From Basidiobolus ranarum (lineage: Eukaryota), in assembly GCA_040143965.1 (NCBI GenBank), contig JASJQH010006902.1, forward strand, positions 1 through 45,285: DNA of 45,285 bases, read 5' to 3'. The translations under genes and the position numbers were made by a program. Below, piece after piece: positions 40,673-45,285 of this stretch; the stretch's first letter is position 1, and every line of letters begins with the position of its first letter. The notes below the pieces were generated by a model. It ran no database searches and was not told the origin of the DNA. It was given only the letters and a program-made list of their open reading frames with translations.

Positions 40673-43069
40673 ATGAACGATAGCGACTTCAGCACGTTTG
40701 CCAAGATTTCCACTAGTCATCTTATGGGTCAAAACAAGCGCGACTTCATCCTAGGAGAGGGGAACAAATGCCTTGAACCTAAAGAAGCAAACTTCAGTAT
40801 TAAATCAATATTCCCGGAGCATTCAGCATCGGATATTATACGAATTGCAAATTTGGCGAGAAAAGAGCGGAATGGTGCGATATATGACGAAGGAAAGGTC
40901 AAATTGAAAGGTGAAGATTGTGGTAAGGTGATTGAGGAGTCGAGGTATGATCCTGAGACAGAGCAAGAGGAAATCTTGAAAAATGAATATCTAAAACTTT
41001 TAGGGTGTGCCCGTGAGGACCTGGGCAGCATCCTGAATATGACGAGCCCTTTGAAGCAGCTGTTGCGTGGCGAGAAAGAAGGTGGAGTCACGTCAGAAGA
41101 GTATGAAAAGATGAGAAAGCTCCGAAAAGGCGAGTCAGAAATGGTTGGTGGTGCTCGGAAGAAGCAATCATGGCCGGTTCTAAAACTGCAACAACAAGAA
41201 CTAGCCTGCTACCTAATCAAAAGTCTTCACGAAACAGAAGAGGTGAACCCAAAATGGCTTGAGTTGGCTAAGTTCCCAGAACAAGTGGAAGAGCAGGACT
41301 ATATTGATATGTTGAACGGCATCGCAAGCTTGGCATTGGATCCAACATCAGACACTGAGAAGCGGTATTTAGTCGATACAGACTATCATCCACAACACGC
41401 AGAGACATGGTGCGAGAAGTGTCAAGTAGGATCTAGCAGGATGAAACAAAATAGCAGATTAGATGTAATTGAGTTTGAGAAAACGGAGTTTGCAGAGCTG
41501 AACAAGCCAAGTAAGTGTCCAGGATGTAATGGAGCGTTAACAATAAGGAAGATCGGAGCAGGAGTGTGGAACTGGGATAGGTGTCGTCCGGCAACACTCT
41601 CTGTTACATCGGCCCTACTCAAAATGTGGGATAAACACGCCAATGAACAAGAAGGTGGGCAGCAGGTTGTAGCGATTGGCAACCATCTCGCGGCTGAGTT
41701 CATATATTACAGCAGGGTAATAGCTCAGTTGATTGCATCGAAACATATGCCGTTAAACGGTAGGCCAACGAGCTTGATAGAGTCAGCCAGATGGCCAGTG
41801 AAATGGGGAATCCTCCCGGATGATCTGCAGCAAATACTTTCTGATGCCGAAGGGGCAACTAGCCGGTATTGCACTGATGACTGTGGGATTTGCATCTCCC
41901 GAAGATCGGACTCATGGGGTGACATCGCGATCAATATGGGCAGAGCGGACTTGTATGGCAGGCTTCACCCATTCGCTGATGAGGAGAGCGTGTGGTGGAT
42001 CGGTGATTGCATGATTATGGCAAGCTATCTAGACACTCTCGGGAAGCTCAAAGGAAATGCCGCGAGCAAGGCACTAAAGTACGTTGCTCACACCCTTGCA
42101 AACCAGACGAATATGGCGACGATGGGAACTGCTAATCTGGCTGTACTCACTCGTACATTGCTCAACACCGAAACGTACTTTGCTCGGAGGCAGATGTGGG
42201 ATCGACCGCCCAAAGTATTCAAGCAAGATGAAGGCATCGCAGTGGAGTTAGAGGTCCCATTAGGCGATGCCGTGTTTGCCAGATTATACGAAGGTATGAC
42301 TTTGCCCTATAACGAGCTTTTCAGTATTAGTACAGGGTGCATGGAATGTGTGGACTGGGTTAGGTTCGGTGGAACGTTGAGTATCGTGGCACATGATGCC
42401 ATGGATTTCACAAATGACATTCTGTCGGGTGAAAATATGAACATTTTTAGGATGGTAGCAAGTAAAGGTTTCGCCGTACTCAAGGCGTTTGCAATCGGGG
42501 TGAATGAGATAATAAGAGTGTTAACATCCGTCGACGTGGTGCACAAGAAGTGTAGTGGAGTGATACGTGCTAGCATTGGCGCGTCATTAAGTTGGTATTT
42601 CTGTTGTTGTCGATACCGACTAGGCGAGTGTTGTGCAGTTGTTATGCCAGCAACCGAGGGGTGGGCAGGCGGTCGAGGAGAGGTGGCTTTAGCTTGCAGG
42701 ATCTTGCAGGTACCGTCACGCATTGAAAAAACGTTATGTGATTTAGTAGAAACGAACCTGGTCGTCAAAGATGTGGAAAATTGGTGCTGTCCGGAGCCAG
42801 TCAAGATGGATGACATGACAACAGATCGGATCAAGAGGATGATTGCTGGTGAACTTGATGCTAAGGAAGCATACGAATGCATAGCCTTGAATTATGGATG
42901 GCACTGTTCTAGATCGGTGCATGCTAACTACGATGCAGGTGAATGCTCAAGTTGCACTTTCAGCCAGCTCTGTGCACAAGAGATGTTGAAGTGTGGGACA
43001 TTAACTAGATTTGTTGAATTTGGTGCGTTGTATGGGTCATATAACTGTTTTTCTGAGAAGGACAAGTAA
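40673..43069 (+). CDS. 798-aa intronless protein: unknown N-terminal region with CxxC/CxxC zinc ribbon fused to a putative non-canonical class I terpene cyclase domain
   Basis: The long clean ORF is directly visible. The functional call rests on motifs: GRADLYGRLHPFA...GDCMIMASYLD454TLGK, R537LYE, H574DAMDFTNDILSGENMN, W641YFCCCRY648; Cys clusters at C400/404/407 and at the C-terminus. Confidence 0.65.
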   Translation: MNDSDFSTFAKISTSHLMGQNKRDFILGEGNKCLEPKEANFSIKSIFPEHSASDIIRIANLARKERNGAIYDEGKVKLKGEDCGKVIEESRYDPETEQEEILKNEYLKLLGCAREDLGSILNMTSPLKQLLRGEKEGGVTSEEYEKMRKLRKGESEMVGGARKKQSWPVLKLQQQELACYLIKSLHETEEVNPKWLELAKFPEQVEEQDYIDMLNGIASLALDPTSDTEKRYLVDTDYHPQHAETWCEKCQVGSSRMKQNSRLDVIEFEKTEFAELNKPSKCPGCNGALTIRKIGAGVWNWDRCRPATLSVTSALLKMWDKHANEQEGGQQVVAIGNHLAAEFIYYSRVIAQLIASKHMPLNGRPTSLIESARWPVKWGILPDDLQQILSDAEGATSRYCTDDCGICISRRSDSWGDIAINMGRADLYGRLHPFADEESVWWIGDCMIMASYLDTLGKLKGNAASKALKYVAHTLANQTNMATMGTANLAVLTRTLLNTETYFARRQMWDRPPKVFKQDEGIAVELEVPLGDAVFARLYEGMTLPYNELFSISTGCMECVDWVRFGGTLSIVAHDAMDFTNDILSGENMNIFRMVASKGFAVLKAFAIGVNEIIRVLTSVDVVHKKCSGVIRASIGASLSWYFCCCRYRLGECCAVVMPATEGWAGGRGEVALACRILQVPSRIEKTLCDLVETNLVVKDVENWCCPEPVKMDDMTTDRIKRMIAGELDAKEAYECIALNYGWHCSRSVHANYDAGECSSCTFSQLCAQEMLKCGTLTRFVEFGALYGSYNCFSEKDK

Positions 43070-43773
43070 ATTGGATGCCGACTAAATGAAGCAGTTGTTA
43101 GCCTAACCCTAAGGTTGCATTAGTAGCCCACCTTTCTAGTACATTGAAAATCACTTATTGAAAATAACTTCCCATTTTTTGTTTCTACTATTTCATTACC
43201 ACCTCCTTGGTTGGCATGAGTAAAAGCTAACCCTAAGTTGTATGTGAAGTTGATCTAATAAAGAAATCGTTGCTATCAAGAAATATCATTGCTACCCTGC
43301 TTATAATCTATTTTAATCCTAAATCTGAATTCTTGTGTTGTGCTCTTGCTTATTTTCACCACTAATATTGAGCAAACACAAGGGTTAGGTGCGCATTATT
43401 AACAACCAAAACCTTCTGCATGCTTCCTAGAACAAATTTTTTTATATACATGTGGTGAATGCAATATAATATTACTATGTAGTTCAGGTTTGTTTGTATT
43501 ACAGACATGCTGATCATATACATTTATATCAATATACCAGGTCAAGTTGAACCATATTATTTTATTGGCTATAGTCAACAAGTTGTCTTATTATTCTGTT
43601 GGTTATAGTTGACAAGCTGTCAGTTGTACTTCTATCAGTTCACCTCACCTCACTTCACCTACATAGCTTAGCTTGGGGCTATGCTTAATTACTTATGATA
43701 CAATATCTATGATTGGGGGAGGGTAGTATTCACATATCCATATCAGCATGCTTAGAAATCTTTGCTATCAACA

Positions 43774-43970
43774 TTAAAGTATATAATTCTCCTCTTTGCC
43801 TCACTTGCCTCAGCTGCATCTTTAGGCCAAAGTTTTGGTAATTCAGAGATTCTGAAGGTGCAGAATCCTTCTGAATTTTGGGAGTCAGCTGAGGTTCAGG
43901 ATTCTCTTCAGCAATATGCTCCTGATTGTACAGAGACAGTTAATGCTGGCACTGTAATTGTTCAAAATGT
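43774..43970 (+). pseudogene. Truncated pseudogene copy of the 39450 secreted protein
   Basis: Aligns with 39450-~39645; ATG replaced by TTA (TATCAACA-TTA-AAG); similarity ends after ~65 codons; upstream promoter (~43570-43773) is also homologous to ~39296-39449. Confidence 0.85.
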
Positions 43971-45285
43971 ATCTTGAATTTGTATCCTCTGATAGGAGAA
44001 ACACTTAGGGTTTCTTTCTATTAGCTGATATTGCAGCTTGGCCTGCAGTAAGGGAAAAATCCCACCCTTGCACTCTAAGGAATCTTTGCTTAGCTGTAGA
44101 ATACTATGAGGTGAATATCTACATTGCAACATGCCATTCCTGTGTGCATATGACAAGTAACTGCTTGAAAACATGCAGGATAAGTCTTTTGAACAAGCCA
44201 TTGAATAACCTTAACCCTACTCTTGTACATATATATTGAAATAATATCAAGTATTGATTTTATAAGCAGTTGTTGGTTTTAATTACTCAAGATAATATGC
44301 ATTATGGCTAAGGCAGATTTGATGTATATAGCTGACTATACAAGGCCTAAATGAAAGCTTGAATTACTAAAAATCATTCCCTAACAAAAATAAAATTGAT
44401 TTGATCCGGATTGGATCCACCCTTGTGAATTGCAAAACCATCAGAGAACCATCACAATATTGGTGGCTTGCCTTCTGCCAGGGATCTTGATGGTGAGATC
44501 ACAGCTTCTTGATGGCATTCTTACATGTTAAAGTAATGATCCTCATATTGGGCAAGCATTATTTAATTTCTGGCAATTTTTGAAAAAATCTAATTTTGAA
44601 TGGCAAATTACTGGGTTTACTGCTGTAGGAATTTGATTTAATATGCATGCTTTATTTAGATATTTTAGGCTTTGTATTCCAGCCATAATGAGAATCAAAA
44701 AATGCAAGAATCTTGATGTGTTTGGTCTCCACATATGCATATACTTGACTGATCAGATATAATGCAATAACATCAATATGCTTAACCAGCAAACTAATGG
44801 TGGAAAATGAGAAGTTTATTGTCTTTATTGTATTTGTTATCTCTATCTTTATATACCTAACTATTATATTTATCACATAGAAGTTAATTAACATTACTTA
44901 GTCAATTATTGTCATGATTCTGATCTTGGCATACTGATCCACTTCAAATAGAACTCTTCTATTACTAGATTATGACATCATATCTGCTGTGCCATCTCTT
45001 CTCGGCAATCTTGCATTAGTTTGTCCAGATTACCTTATATGGAAGTCATGTTCTTTGGAACATTCCATGAAACCTAACCAATCATATCATCCCACACATA
45101 GTGTATTTCTGCCAAGACCTTTCATGGAAGGTCACCTGATCATCCTTACATCATCACTCTTTGTATTGGTCTTTGCAGTCCCTAACACCCCAACTCTCAA
45201 ACTTGCCACAGTATATTCCCTATTCAGTATATTATGTTTCACCTTGCAATATCTCTATAAGCCCCATGTATTCCTTGATCAGACC

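Noticed and set aside
42307-42882. 191-aa minus-strand ORF and other antisense ORFs inside the 798-aa gene
   Set aside because: Fully antisense to a long coding frame, with the S/T-rich composition typical of shadow ORFs.
40673-43069. Transposase, retroelement or viral origin for the 798-aa ORF
   Set aside because: No recognisable DDE, RT (YxDD), integrase, RdRp or capsid motifs, and no terminal inverted repeats or LTRs seen; the terpene-fold motifs fit better.
44900-45285. Possible decayed minus-strand gene or transposon at the window end (GLIKEYMGLIEILQGE...; TGA stops could be mutated CGA)
   Set aside because: Only ~50 open codons and no recognisable motif; cannot be supported without downstream sequence.

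Overview
Eukaryotic, intron-rich fungal genomic DNA. The short GT-AG introns and gene set suggest an early-diverging fungus, possibly Basidiobolus-like; this is inference, not verified. The left ~33 kb is gene-dense and mostly housekeeping: a small secreted Arg/Trp/Tyr-rich peptide, 3-hydroxyisobutyryl-CoA hydrolase, an AlkB dioxygenase, THG1, an 8-Cys GPI-type protein, UBP15/USP7, a 10-finger TFIIIA, CAF-1 large subunit convergent with RTT109, ATP synthase subunit d, long-chain acyl-CoA synthetase, a Cps1/hyaluronan-synthase-like GT2, an MFS sugar transporter, a SnoaL-like protein and a compact Kin1/MARK kinase. The right ~12 kb is accessory, with a deleted and frameshifted transporter duplicate, many short tandem duplications, telomere-like CCCTAA motifs, a decayed decapeptide-repeat array and a CpG-depleted terminal 1.9 kb. 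The most notable element is an intronless 798-aa ORF (40673-43069). Its C-terminal half carries class I terpene-cyclase signatures in non-canonical form (degenerate DDxxD, RxxE, HDxxDxxxD, intact WxxxxxRY, many Cys), fused to an unknown ~390-aa N-terminal region with a zinc-ribbon-like CxxC pair. It lies between an intact and a dead copy of an orphan small secreted protein gene.
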